This document shows, piece after piece, positions 22,201-37,400 of a stretch of DNA of 64,000 bases. The notes under the pieces are model-generated. The model did no database searches. It saw only the letters and a program-made list of their open reading frames with translations, and was not told where the DNA came from. Every line of letters starts with the position of its first letter. The first letter of the stretch is position 1. The translations under genes and the position numbers were made by a program. The DNA comes from Balanoglossus misakiensis (taxonomy: Eukaryota; Animalia; Hemichordata), in assembly GCA_040954595.2 (NCBI GenBank), contig CM082584.2:6901919-6965918 (forward strand), given 5' to 3'.

Positions 22201-25200
22201 TATCTGGGATGATTGGTAGAATCTCTCACAGCCCCTCTCGTCGTCCATGCAGGCTTATGGACTGATTGCATGTGTGCCTGGCGAGAGGTTAGCTACACAA
22301 CACCAAACAGTGCTTCTCCCTTGCCAAACAGTTGAGGGCGCGTAGCGAACCGTGGGCTGTGAGAGAGTCTAGTATGATTGGTACGTCACTGAATGTTGGG
22401 GCAACAGATACTCACTTTGAAAATAGATCTGGGTGAGCGAAGAAATCTGAAAACATTTCTAGCAAAGATCTTCTTTCTAAAATAAATGTCGGTAGCACCA
22501 CTTTTGTAAGGTCCATCCCTATCCGGACTTGTGATAATAGATGTGTGATGATGCTTCCGTGTTTCCCACAATCCACTGCAAGAGAACGACACAAACAAGA
22601 ATTACTGGTGTGTTTTTTTTAAGTTACTTTTTTCAACACCGTAGTGGATTATTAAAAATTATCTGCCGCTGGGTTGCAAAAAAGTATCCATGACAACAGT
22701 TGTTATGACAACAACCCATACTTACACTCCTCTTCGTCTTCTTCTTCTTCGTACATCTGTGAAGCTGTGATAGGGTCGGGTGACTTGACTTCAATGTTTT
22801 TGGTGTCAATGTCCGGGACAGGCGAGTCTCTCGCGGAATCCCTAAATGCACAGAGAACAGACGGCATGGTGTCAGAGATATGGATCCAGAACTCAATCCT
22901 ACAGCTGTGTGAACGATACTACAGTAAAACCTGTTCAAACCAAACCCCAAAGGGACTGAAGAAATTGTTCGGCTTGTACAGGTGTCCAATATATACAGAT
23001 TATTTAACATGTGGTTCTAAGTAAAATGGACTGGAGTGACCTCACATCCTGGTGTTTTGGAGTTATGACATCATAAATGTATATCATTCAACATTACATA
23101 CAACATTTACCCTTTATAACAGATAAAATTCATATATTTCACTCTAGGATGAGTAAGAATGCACCAAGTCAATACAGTAAGGTTGACTGCTACAGAAGTT
23201 AAACTCAAAATGGTGCACTCCCACCACCAAAATGCCAGGATGTAAAGGTCACACAGGGGTCATAAAAAGTGGTCTACTGCCTCACCATTGATTGGAATCT
23301 TCGTACATGAGGTATTCGTCGGCATCGTAGAAGGAATCTTCCTCGTCGCTGCTGGAATAGGAGAGTGCCGGTACGGGTGCCGATAGATGTGTTACCCTGC
23401 TCGGAGAGACTGGCGGACTGCTTTGGAGACTTGCCTGAATTGTGATTGGACTGATGGCTGCATCTGAAACGTGTAAATAAGAGATAAACATGTTCTAGTT
23501 CTTACTAGATGAAATGTAGTATATGGCAGTTGATTTTGTCATTATCCTGAGCTTCAGGAATTAAAACATTTCCCTATGTATCAGTAAGAATCCTTGTACA
23601 TGTACGTGTATTACAATGAAAATTAATTTGCATATGAGATGATTACAATGAACAAAGGCAGTCATGTTAACATGTCAAAACATTATCACATCCATTGATT
23701 ATGTTAAAACACACCCCTAAACAATGGTTAACTGCTCCCTTGACTTCTGACATAACTGTTTGACAGTACTGTTTTAACACATCAGGATATATGTTGAGTT
23801 AACAATCCATTTGCATAATTTTTGTTAAAAAGGTGAATCAGACCGCGATTATATAAATGTACAATGCATACAAGGACAAAGCACACACTGTCAGATAATA
23901 ATTATCACACTCAGGCGATACAATCATATATATGTACATCAACATTAACCATGCACTGCATTTTGGACTTGTCAAGACTCACTGCTATAGTTTATAACAC
24001 ACTTCTGGGATCACGAAACGGAGACAGTCAATATCACAGGGGATAACAATATTTACAAATTACACTGGTGTGACACTCAGAAATTTAATGCATGCATCAG
24101 ACTGGAACCACAGGCTGAGAATGAACGCATATCAGGCTAGGATGACATCACATTTGCAGTGTCAGTCTCAGACCGGGTATAGAGCTCTTAAAATTACAGA
24201 GAAGAACATTGCACAGAGAGCAGACATTTGCACTGGTTATACCTGGAAATTAAACTACCTGGTGCTGAAACGACACGACAAATATAGAACACTGTTATCC
24301 TAGAACTAAATATACAACACACTGCGCAGACAGCAGAACATTCCAGACACAATATCCTGACAAATCTGACAGCTAGGCTGATCGACACCGAAATCAAGCG
24401 AAAGACAATACCTTCAATATCATCCTCGTCTGCAGGTTGCATTTTCATCAAGAGGAGTTTAAAACAATCAGTACATGAACCCGAGAGAATGTCATATGAA
24501 CGCGAGCAGACAAAGGCGGCGCAGGACTGGCATCGGATGGTCTCCATTCTTGTCATTATCACTCAAACAATGAGAATGCTATTTTTAGACATTTTGTGAA
24601 TACATTTTGTATACCAGCATCATATGATAATCCGCATGCCCTAGAGATGTGCGTTGGTGATTTTACTGCATTGTATAAAATGATCGGACGAGGATTGAAA
24701 CAATGGACAGTTAATCAGTCATTGAGAGAGATTTAATAATCTTATTTTTGTTTCAGTAAAGACCACACAAGATTTTGCACTATAGTGACTCTCGAACCCC
24801 AAAATTTTCTGTCTGATTTACCGTGTTTTATTGATTCTACTGGTCGGCCATTTCTAACAGTATATTAGTGATAGCAACTTACTGGTATCAATTATTTTCA
24901 GGTGCTAGACTACATTACGTGGTTGTAAGAGTACTGCTATCGACATAAGGAGTACTGAGGTACAACACACGATTTATGGAGGCTTTCAAATCACCGGTAG
25001 AGTTGATCATAATGAGAAAGGTACTGAAAGTTTGCTTGGCGAGAGATAAGAATGACTGACAGGACACGGATTTGACGCGATGCAGTGGTATGTCAGGTGA
25101 GGGGTTTATGGTGGGAGGGAGTACAGAGGAGCACTGAACCTACCTGCTCCCGGCGTTTGCACCGAGACATCGGGAATGACGCTGGTGGTGCTGGCTCCTC

Positions 25201-28200
25201 CGTCGCCGATCTTGATGTCCTCTATGCACTCCACCGCCTCCTCGATGCTATTGCTGGATCCCGACGCTGTGGACGACAAATCGGAGTTGAAATTCAAGTT
25301 TGACATCGGTGAGACAATTCCCCGGGCGGACACAGAACCAGAGATATTATACTAGTCTAAAAACGTTCACAGAGTAAGATCATCACATGAAATCGTTCAG
25401 CGGGCGAGCCGGCGTTTCAGAGTTTAAAAAATTCTGATTATTTTTAATCAATGACGATTATCCCGGAAGACAATAGAAGCCATGCATTTATTGTACGCGT
25501 TCAATATCTGTCAATTATCCCCACCGAGCATGGAAACTTTTAACAGTGAACCACTCTGATTGCATAATGCGCTTTCATTAATGTGACTGGGTTTCACGTC
25601 AATGCAAGCGTTGACAACAGTGCACTATATCTGCACCCTCTATAGTTGACATTTGAAACGGCTACACTTGCCAGGAGATGAACACTTCTGTGATACCAAA
25701 GAAATAACGCAAGCAACGCCTGCAATGTCTTTCTATCACGCCAGCTGAAAATCACACCCACCACTGATAAGTGATTTGATCAAATACAAATCTCTCACAA
25801 AAAGACGTTTCATTTTTTTGCAAATTTTGCCGTACCCACTGACCTGATGACTTGGACTTGGTGGCGCCTTTCTCCCCATAGCCATTATTTTCCGGATAGG
25901 ATTCGAGTTGGATGACTCCGTTCACGGGATTGACTGCGTTCTGAGAGAGAACACACTGATAAATAAAGTTACAAAAGCTTATCACAGTCAAACATGTGAC
26001 TCTCATTCCCCTATCCTGTTAGTTTGCAAATTGGCGAGATTTTTTCTGCATAAACCTGTGTAGCTGCACAATATTTTTGCTTTTTTTCCACAATCAATGA
26101 CGTCTAGTATATCTCACTGAAGATGTGTTCGTTATCTCGCAGTAATTACAACAGAGATACAGAAGTAAATTTGATGTGTTTTCAGGGATATTGATACTGT
26201 AATCTCCCCTCTGATGCACAACTGCATGCAATAAAAGTTGTTCAGTCTGTAAGTGATATGAAGGTTGGGCGAAATATGAACACAAAATGAAGTGTCTCAG
26301 CTCACTAAAAGCGCAGACAATGCTGCTGATGTTCGAAATTAGTACAATTTTTGTGTTTAGGAGGAGGAACAGGCTGGCTTTTACAGAACTGTGACCTGTT
26401 CCCAATATTTATTAATGGCGAAAATCATTCCATGCAAAAAAAGATGCAGCTACACCGTTTACATGCAAAACAGTACTACGGCAGGCACTAGTCTCTGTTC
26501 TGACTGGTCAGCTGAATGTCAGATGTGGCATTTTGAAACAGAACGAGATGGCACTCAAGTGTGGGTTTGCAATGAAATGTAAGAGTACATTTTACCAGAG
26601 AAGTCTTAAAGATTCAGAAATACAGAAATGAGATCATTACAAGAGAAACACAGGCACCTTTACACAAAATCCCAATCCATTGTAGAATGATTGAGATAGA
26701 TACTCATAATATTTACATGCTTGTCAACTTTACTGTTTACTTTGGAAAAAAGGTGACTGTACTTTCACTCCGACTACAACTACACTGTAATGATTATCAA
26801 AGGCAGTAGGGAAACCATCTTTGGAGTTGTCTACACACCTTAATACCAACGCAGGCTCAGCTTAAAGGGATAAAGATGCCAACTTTTGACATATGTTTTG
26901 GTTCAGTTGATAAGACATTCAAGTCATGATTGATTGTGACAACTGAAATATGCTGAATTATTGGATATTACAGCTCAAATCATACCTTGAGTATGTGGTA
27001 CAGACCAAACATTTGTGAATAAAGGGGGAGACTCTGCCCAGTTGCTTAAGTGACAAGATAAAAGTCTGAGGAACGTTATATAAAGAAAGACACGCGATTG
27101 TTTTCCAAGCCAGCAAGGGTTTCTTTCTTTCAGCTTGTCTTGTGTCCGACGACAATGAAATTGTCATTTCACTATCCTACATTTTCACATATGGCAGTAA
27201 CAATATCAGCCTAAAAACTACGCACTGTGGTCATAGACATCGTGTTTGAAAGCTTCCATGAAATGATGACTAGGCTACGTACATAGGTTAGGAGTTTAAT
27301 ACACTGCAGCAATTTTATATTGGCACACACAAGTGTTAGTACTTTTGAGATCAAACGTACAGCATCGTGCGTTAGTGGCACTATCACTACATCACTCTTA
27401 TTAAAGCACAGGACAGCATGGTGTTCACAAGAATTTTGCAAATTTCCTTTTCTAAAGGTGTCACTTTTTAAGGGGTATGATGTTGATTGATAAGCTGGGA
27501 TGCATTCAGTGGTCCGAATGGACTAGCTAATGATCTGCGGTGGTCCTGATGGAATACTTTGTGGTCACAAACTACCAGATTTAAGACTTGCCCATTGTAG
27601 ACCATAATGGCAGTGAAGTTATTTTCAATCTCCTTGATTCATTAAATTATATATCTTTTGGGGGGAATTGAGATTGGGGGCTAGTGCAAAATAAACTACA
27701 GAGATATAAAGTCGCCTTATAAAAGTGAAGAAGACACCACCAGATAATGTCTGACTGAAATACCCGAAGTACAAGTTACAAAGTGAAGGACAGATTAAGT
27801 ATTAGTTTCCACAAGGAGCAAAGTTCATGCTTAAAGTTTTAACAGGATATTTAGTAGGAGGAAGTTTCACATTTAAACGTAGAGTCATGGTATTTTTTTT
27901 TACGTGCGTGGCAAAGATTGTTAATACTGGGAATGAAGCAAAATGCATGCACACTCTGGCCGGTGTCCGAAATCTGCAAATACAAACACTCTTACCCCTG
28001 GACTACCATCTTGGGTGAATTCCTCTACAACTTGCTGGGGATAGCAAAAAACAGAGTACATGCAAGCGGTAAGTAGGGCATTTTTTTAGAAAGGGGGGGG
28101 GGGATCAACAGGTAGCCATGGTTTCGGAACAGCGCCCTCGATGGTCGAAAAACCTCCGGACTTCAAACGACATTTTCCAATGGAGTGACTGCAATCGTAT

Positions 28201-31200
28201 GTTTCGCTACAGTTAAGGACATTCTCACGTGACATGGAGAATGAGATCGATGTTTACAGAAGTAAATTTTAGTTGTTTTTTTCAGGCGGTTTCAAATTTC
28301 AGGACTTAAGGATTTTCCCTACCAATGACCGGCACAACTCTTGCTGTACATGTATATTTATGAATCAAGTTTTCCACGGAAATATGACATCACTTGATCT
28401 TTGACCTTATTCTTATGTGATATGCCAGCATTCATTCTAACAGGAAGTGAAAATTGCAGCTTTGATTGACAGCTCTCTATCCCCGTGTTACGACAGCTAC
28501 CACTACCACAGATACACTTTGTCACATTTACAAGGGAATGAATGATGTACTTTAAAATTGGTGTCTGCAATGCACGGTTGATGCACTGTGTCTGAACGAA
28601 ACCTGGAGCTGGGTTGATTAATTGCACCAGATGAGTTTCAGTGTTGTGGTCAAACAACTTCACCACAGTCAATAGTGAGGCACGCTAAACACATTACACC
28701 GTGTTGCTACCTGAAACCTAAAAACTGTGTTGTGGAGTAACGCTGCACCCCGCACAGACAGTTTACAGATTAGGCTACCTGGGGGGTGGGGGGAGGGGTT
28801 AGTGTGGGTCTTTCACAGCCAGACTACACCCTTGGTTAGTTGTAATGTTACACAAGTGCTTCTATTGGGAATTCAGTTGTTAAAAAACCGATCCAGGGGT
28901 ATGGTAGTCGAAGGGTAATATATTGGGTCAACCATTCAACAATGAAACCAATGATTCAGAAGACAACCTCTGTGATGGCATACAGCGATCTGTTGTTGAT
29001 GTGATGGGATGTGACTAATTATCAGCAAGGGTGTGCTGGACACAAACCCATCCAATAAAAATAAAATCAGGTTTGTGTGGACGCAGTACAAAATCTACAA
29101 CAAAAGCTGTCGGAAGAGCGAAATGCAATATCTTATCAGCAGGTTTTGTATTTTTTTTCAATTTTGTCTACTGGATGAAATGTTCTGCGGCCTCCTGCAC
29201 CAAAAGATGCTGATCAGAATTTACATATATTATACAGTTCTTAAAAACTTATATACAGGAACGCGATCACTAAAAACAGCTGATGCATGTAGTATTTCAG
29301 ATGAACAAGAACAAACCATTAAAACTAGCTTTCACAGTGTCTCCTATATAATCCTCATGAACAAGTTCTCAGTGCAATTAAATCCACAAACAGCAATGTG
29401 TAAGACGAGATGAAATGAAATTGAAAATCTCTTACCTTGGCCAATTGCAGCAGCACAATTGATTGCTTGATGGACTCCAGCAAATCCTGCAAGGCACAGA
29501 CAAATAAAGATTGTGAGATGAGGACGGTCGTGTCTGTACAGATACAGATGATAACTAGCCACCTGATTGATGTGTAGCTGACATATAAAGAGTGTTAAAA
29601 ATGAGTAGCTAAATGGATGAAAAGCAGCTTGGACAAGGGTTATAATCTCCCCACATAAAAAAACAACATTTGTAAGAGTGTGTGCTGATGAAAACACGTC
29701 TTGTCTTTGTCAGTGGTGATGATGATGATGCTCCGACTATTTACATTCTGAAATGAAAGCCACAGAATTCAAGTGTTGGGGCTTGGATTCCCCACTTGCC
29801 CCATGGGATTAGTGCAACAGCTGGTGAAGTGGGTCAAAGGTGAACTATGATGTCGGATGATGATCAGACTGAATGATTTTGAATGTGTGAACCCCTGAGA
29901 AACAGAACTGTGACAATTTCTGGTATGTCATATCCTGATTTTCATAAATGAACATATGACAATAATACATAGATTCTGATATTGCAAAGCAGGGCTGTTA
30001 AGTTCTGATATTTGCAAACATGCGTGTACTTATATTTTGTAGTTTAAATTAATATTTGACATATTTTTATTAAATGCCAGGCCAAGGTACACTTGTCACA
30101 AAATTGCTATAGAATATGACACTATAGAGTATAGTTACGGAAATTGATAGAAAAATGACAAAAAAACATTATTGGAACAAAAAAAGTTCTTAGCCACACA
30201 AAATCTCAATCTGTGACAAAGAGAGCTACCAATCACACTAAGTGAAGTAAGAATCTGTCACTCTTGAATTTTTTTAAATTAAAAGAATTCCTACAAAGAT
30301 TTAGTGTCCTTCGTGGTGGGTAATGTTTTCTTCGCAGTAAGCCATGTTTGTGTGTGTGTTGTTTGGTTGGTTGGTTACTGTATTAATCATCTAGAATAAT
30401 ACTTAAGCAAACTTTATTCAAATCATCATACTGGCAGTTATTGCAGTTATTTTAAACACAGTTCATATGTCCTTTGAGAATATTTCAATCTTTAGCAGAA
30501 TTAGCTGAATTAAAATAATCATTAACTGAAAAAATGAATGATTTGAAATAATGTCAATCGAGGTCAACACGGTTTTACATGAGGAAATAAATATGCTGTG
30601 TACTTGGAACCACCAACAGGGTTAATCTCTATGTTCATCATACAATGGGGGAGATGACATCTTGAAATCTATCTGATTATTTAGAGAGATTACTTGAACT
30701 GAAATGACCTATTTTTTTCTGTTCGGGTGGTAGACATATTTCCATCTCGGCTGAACAGTCCAATGTTGTTCTAACTGCACTAACATTTACCTGCCATCTT
30801 TTGATGATTGAGTTTGGTTAATTTTACGTGGAACTGAGCGTTATAATGTTGTTTTTCTTCTGGCACAAGACATGCTGGATTGTCAGTAGTCTATATTGCA
30901 GTTTAATTTGATTAAAATCAGATGTAGTGTTGGGCGCCGTCTCTACCTTTGCTGATTCTTGGCTGTTCAGAAGGGAGTTGAAATGGCAATTCAGTACAGA
31001 CGCAATATAGTGGGTTCACACCAACGAAAATGCCAGGATGTAAAGGTCATGTAGGGGTCATGAAAGTGGACTAGTTGAATGATGCAAAAAAACGTAATTA
31101 CCGCTGCGGAAGTTCTGAGTTTGTGATATTTCTGTCTCTGTTCTTCGTCCTCGCATTTCTCAATCTTGTCTCTCAGCTGACTCTCCTGCTCGATCAGTAT

Positions 31201-31380
31201 CTGAAGGTACGCGTCAGCCTCCACCAACTTCTTGTCAAAGTCCTCCAAGGTGAGGGTATAGTCCGGTACACTGTCATACTGGCGAGATAAAAATGGAGGA
31301 CAATTGTATACATGTTAAGCAACTCTCTGAAATTTGTCACCCAGAAATATCCAAAAATTTCCTTCCCTCAACGCTCTCCA

Positions 31381-31411
<31 letters not shown>

Positions 31412-34400
31412 TCTCTCATCTCTTTCTATCTCTCTCTTTGTCTCTCTGTCTCATCTCTCTCTCTCTCTCTCACACACACACACCAATTGATATCTTCTTG
31501 CCTATCTCTATCTGTTCATATGTAAACTGTGTGTACGTGCAGATACGCACATCTTCAATTTTTGCTCTGACAACTTCATGATACAAGGATCCTTACTCTA
31601 TCCTGTTGTATCATTTCTTGAAAATCAATAACTTTACAGGATGTCTCCTCCCCTTCAGATCTGAATTATACACACATGGTAAACTTTGTTATAAATATCC
31701 CAAGCTGGCTGAGTTCAAAGTCTACATATTCTGTTGAAAGTTTGGCACATTTGTATTTATTTATTTCCATTTTGTTTGTGTTTGTTTGTCTTTGTGAGTT
31801 CTACAACATCTATGTTTATCGGTGAAAATTCAGCATTGTCGTGTGTACGAAGGGCATGGCACTTCAGACAGGTGTTATCTGAGAATCTGAAGGGGGTTTC
31901 TCGTTCATGTTTGTTCAAGTTCAAGTGCAAAGGTCGCAGTCAAGGTCCTTACAAGCTGCAGATGCATCTCTAAAATCAGGTGTCAGTTTAACCCCATGTG
32001 TTATCTCTCCCACTGCCTACGTGTGGTGTTTGGTGCGACTGACTCCATGACACCTGCGGATGGCACGACACAGTGCCACGGAGCGTGCCAAAGAGTCCAC
32101 ACACCAGCGATGGAACAGGACTTCCTGATGAGCTAATTAATTTGAGATGTTGCGTGGCTTGATATCAATTTTAATGAGTGTTAAGTTTGATAGATAAAAG
32201 GGTCTTTCCCCAACCGATTTATGTCTACCGTATAAGGAAGTGATTTGGTCATGTTTTCTGTGTCGTGATGGCAGGTATCGAACAGAAACAACTGACGTAA
32301 TCTGACATTATTTCTGGAACTGTGTACATTTGTACATTCGATTTTGAATTAGTGGATATATATCGATGTAATTTCATACTAAATGCAAATTATTACTCTG
32401 TGTTTGAGTATAGCAGAACTCCCAGATTATTATTTCAAATTTCTATGGAGTCGTCACTTTTTATGAAACAACCACAAAGCACAGACATACTACAGACACT
32501 TAATATCTGCATGTTTAAGTGTGCGCCGGAATATTAATCTCAATTATTGGTTTTGCAACCGAATGCCATAAAAACCTAGAATTAAAATCCGAGCAACAGC
32601 TTGTTATTCAAAGGTTTGTTTCTGCGTCACCATCGAGTTGTTTATCTTTGTAAAATTCTGTAACTAGCTTCAGAATTCTGATGAACAGACAAAAAATTTA
32701 ATATGAAAAGGCTTTTGCAAGGCATATTTCAAAAGTGTCCCGAACACGTGTACACAGAATTACGGAATTTAGACCGGCAACATACCAGAGAGTGGCCGGC
32801 AGTTTGGATTTGACAAGTACACGTGAAACAGCTCATCAAATAAATATGTCACTGATCATATGTTGCCTAGTCTAACAAAGCCATACACTGACTTGGCATA
32901 TATGCTCTGTCTGACTTTATTAATCACTATCAAGCAACTTTTTTCCTAGTATTTTACACTCTTTTCACCAATGTCATAATATGTTTTGGATAACGGCTAC
33001 CACAAGTTCACCACCTCGATGCAAATAAACAAATAAATAAATACATTTTATGCCAGCAGTTTTTTTATCGATTTCTCTCACATTTATGATAAAGTGCAAA
33101 TTAACTATATCAGAAACAGAGTTTCGCTATGATAATTTTAGGTAACCTATCACACTGCAACTGAAAAATTCATTTACATTTTTTTTTTAAATATGTTATT
33201 TATTGCTACATACACACAATTCATACTTGCATGTGTGTGATGCAGAGGTCAACGCATATTTCGATTCCAAAGGTTAATATTACAAAAGGTTCACTAGTTT
33301 CTGATAATTTATCCAATGCTGATACGCAATGAATGTTGTAACAATATTGAAGCCTACAGCCCGGGCTCATTACAGTCGTTAGAATTCTAATCCCGATAAA
33401 AACACACAGGGAACCGGTGCCTGTATTAATAATTCTGCTTTTATAAATAGACATGCAAATAACAGCACTGGAGGACGGAGATGGCACATCGACACATTTA
33501 AAATTGGACAGAGAGTTATCGGGTACAAAGGTGACATCTACCACCGCAGATAATTGTCTAAAGGTGGAGTCGAAAAAGAAATAATCGTCCACATGAGTCA
33601 CCGAACTTCCCCGCTCTCCTGGTGGTACAACGATCTTTGTCTCCCTGGTGTTATTTAGTTTTATGACAGTTAGATTCGCCAGAAATACAATTACGTCATC
33701 ATAAATTCAAACCATCCTTGTCGATAGGCGGGTACATCGTATCCACAATGATAAATTGATTATTCAAACTGAATGTTAGACATAGCCAGTATATACAATT
33801 TAGATAAGATCTAGATAACTAAATGTAAAAAAACATAATTAATACAAGTATTTTCTCGTTTCTAAATACCTGTTGCAGGTAATGAGATTTCACTGACTTT
33901 GCGACAGTTTACAATGACTCGCACGACAGTGGTATATACACATGCCAGATGCACACACTGACATGCAAGTTCTGTCTCTTTTTTTAAAAATTCGGATAAT
34001 TTTCAGATTTTTGACTTACCCACCGGGGCTGCGAGTGTCTCAAGATGGTCTCCTCCAGGCTGTTCACCCACTTGGTCCGTTCTTCGGCGTCCCGAGCTGA
34101 AATGGGAAGTGAGGGATGGCGGTGAAGGTGATAGTCGGGAACCGGCCCCTTTGGCGTCCGCAACTTCTTTTTCCCCTTGCGGAACCGCCGGCTGCCGCGA
34201 CGGATCATTTTGTAGATGAATATATCCTTCGCCATGACGGGGCTCGAACGACCGGGCAGTACAATACATACAGTGTGGGCTGATTGAATATCACACAGCC
34301 AGGTCACACCAATCTCACTGCAAATGTTCTTAACTCAGCCAAACATGAGGCAAAGTACTTCTCGGTCGATTATTACAAGCGCGAAGGGGGTGAATAAAAA

Positions 34401-37400
34401 ACGGCCGATAGAAAAGCGAGCGAGCCAATACACCACTGACTAATTCAGCATCGATCCTCTCTGGTTGATGATGCACTATGTTTATACACCTGACACACAC
34501 CAGTCAACAGAGCTTATCAATGATAGGTGCCACGCCAAAAGAGATAACGACCTCCCGGGGGGTCAAAGTTCAAAAGGTCAGCATCGGGACAACAATGCAC
34601 ATATTACACGGATTCTGAGCTCAGAGACAACGTGAAGCCCTCTAGTTTTTTTCCAACAGACCGACGCAACAGGTCTATTCCATAAGTTAGCTGTCATTTT
34701 TTTTGGGCATACGACGAACGGAATCACTCCACAATGACGGTAATTTACCTTTTGGAAACAGCTGTGCTACCATAATACATTCTGACATCAAAACAACAAA
34801 AGGGTGATGAACGAACTGACAAACGTAAAATGATATATGTTTGCGTTTGGTGTAAGCTATTAGAAGTGATTAATGTCATGAATGAATGAATGAATGAATG
34901 AATGAATGAATGAATGAATGAATGAATGAATGAATGGATGAATGAATAAATGAATGAATGAATGAAATCTGTCTACATGTAGATATATTAAGGACACCTC
35001 TGTGATCAGAAATAGAGCGGTGTCCATAATAGACAGGTAATTTAGTAATATTGTATTCCAACCGTGACTTTTCTCTTGAGAAATCTGTTCTTACATTTAA
35101 TAGGTGTCGGTCTCTAGCTATAAATTCTATTTTGCTGTGCATATCTATTTCAACAATCCACGCACGAAACTCTGTCAGTGTGCATGCCATACTCTATAAA
35201 AATCCTTGGGCTCCAGAAACAAAGTATAAACCATGCAACTGTTATAAAATTAGGACAGGTAGGCTATAGAAATAAATTTCAGAGGTCAGGGCGATAAATG
35301 GCTGTGTTGACAATGACCTGGTAATGCTTGGTTTGACGTGAATAATAAATTCAGTTCAGTTTTATGGTCGGGTGGGTTCGTTGATATTTGGACTTGACCT
35401 CGAAGATGTTTGTCTAATGATATGGGACGCTGACTTCAGGTCCAGATTCAAAATGTGGAAAAAAACACCAAACACCAGTTGCTCAGAGCAATATAACATA
35501 CTAGGTAAACTGTAGGGGGCGCTAGTCACCTGCTTGATCATTGGGATGAGAATGCCAACATACGCTCAAAACACCATATACTGACATGCTGACCTTTTTC
35601 TTGAAAACTCCCTGATCGTTGTTCATGATTATGATATACAAGGACACAAAACTCGGAAATACAGACCAGACTGCTGAGACTAGTCAAAATCAAGAGATTT
35701 CACACGCTATTTCACATATCTTTCAACTTCAAACAAAACGTCTTTGTTTTGCTGAAAAATGTACGTTTGATGGGGTTAATAAACTTTTAAGAGACTTTAC
35801 ATCTGTCAATCACTCTGACTGATAAGAATTTTATACTCAAAAATCACAATACACTGAATCAATCTTGTGGTGTATTGGACGTTATTTGCCTACACTATCA
35901 GATTTATCCTGTGTACCAATTATTAACCAATCAAAATTACACTACAAGCTGATGACATTTTTTGCCATTAAACAGTCGCATTTAACAAGTGCGCATAACC
36001 AAATTAGAACATTTTGGTGTTTGCATGCAGGGTCAAAGGTCACCAAAAGCAGGACAAAAGCTCACTGCAGTTTGCCGCAGCCATTTACTGATTCAGACTG
36101 AAACCAAGAGAACTTTTTTATTTAAAAAAAGACAAAAAATTGAGGGGTTACCGGATAAAATGAAGTAGTGGCGGTCTACACAGTGATGGGAGGTGGTGGC
36201 CCACATGATATGGAACAACATGGTGACAGAGAAGAAAAGAGAGAAGAAAATCACTATCAGGATACTAAAAACTTATTGGTGGAAAGTATTACACAGAAAA
36301 GTAAAGGGGAACGCAAAATGTGAAGAAAAATGCGCTAGACACTGCTTACATAAGATCTCCCCTAATTACACTCTGTGGAAATATAAATTTTCACAGAAAA
36401 GCATTTTAATAATCCAGTTTTTTTATAATACCTTCACCTTAATGATGTCTATGAATATAGTTGATATATTCTACTTGAACAACATAGTAGATATAAAACA
36501 ATTATTATAATCTGTGTCATGAGTAGATAAGGGTTTTACCACACTGACTGGTTACGATGGCTTATAAGTTATATGGGTGTGTTACAATGTAATGTTGCAT
36601 AAATATTCCAGAAATGTTACTTACACTTACAGTTACACAAAATGTATGTCACACAGTGACATCTAAAATGTATGCTTTATTATTTGCATTGAAAACTGTG
36701 GCAACATCATATTTTCTCTGATTCGAAAATTTTCAACATCTGCAAAAATCTGTGTCAAATTCTGGACAGAAATTTGCCGCACTAAACAACAGCTAATATT
36801 CCTCTGCCTCCTACTGAATACACTGGACACAGAATTCTGATTCAGTCATGCAAAAATAACGGATTCATTTCACACCGAAATCAGTGAATACAGGGAGAAA
36901 TCATGCAGTGGCTATCAATCAGCGAGCGAACTTTCGTAATCGGATACGACACTGAGAACTTTTCAACAGGCAACAACCGTGATGGTTATGAGAGTCGCAT
37001 CACTCTTAACTCTCAGCAGGATACTTTTTTACACGTCCCAATTCCCCGGATAATACCAAAGTGCACTTTTTATTCGTTCATTTTTGACGAGTGACGTGAA
37101 GTGCTTGCATTACGAGGACAAATGGAATGACATAATTTTCCACTGCCATTTTCACATGGCATTTACCGTGAAAAACTGCAGACTCAATGAAATTTGTTTT
37201 CTTTATAAAATTTCAACATTTTATAATAACCAGTGGTCTTTCACAAATCCCCAGTTTCCCCACAGGGACGCTGACTGATACAGATTCTGTGAGTTACTGA
37301 ACCAGCACAATTCATAAAGCTCCCTACGTGACATACTAACTGTACCAGCATAGTTAACTGCCATGATTGACCCCTCCCATCCCCAAGAAACAAATGCACT

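Noticed and set aside
33221-33601. 126-aa same-strand ORF in an OSBPL9 intron ending at a possible phase-0 donor (CAA|gtatga)
   Set aside because: It starts with GTG, has intron-like composition and carries no motif, so it is too weak to call an alternative exon.
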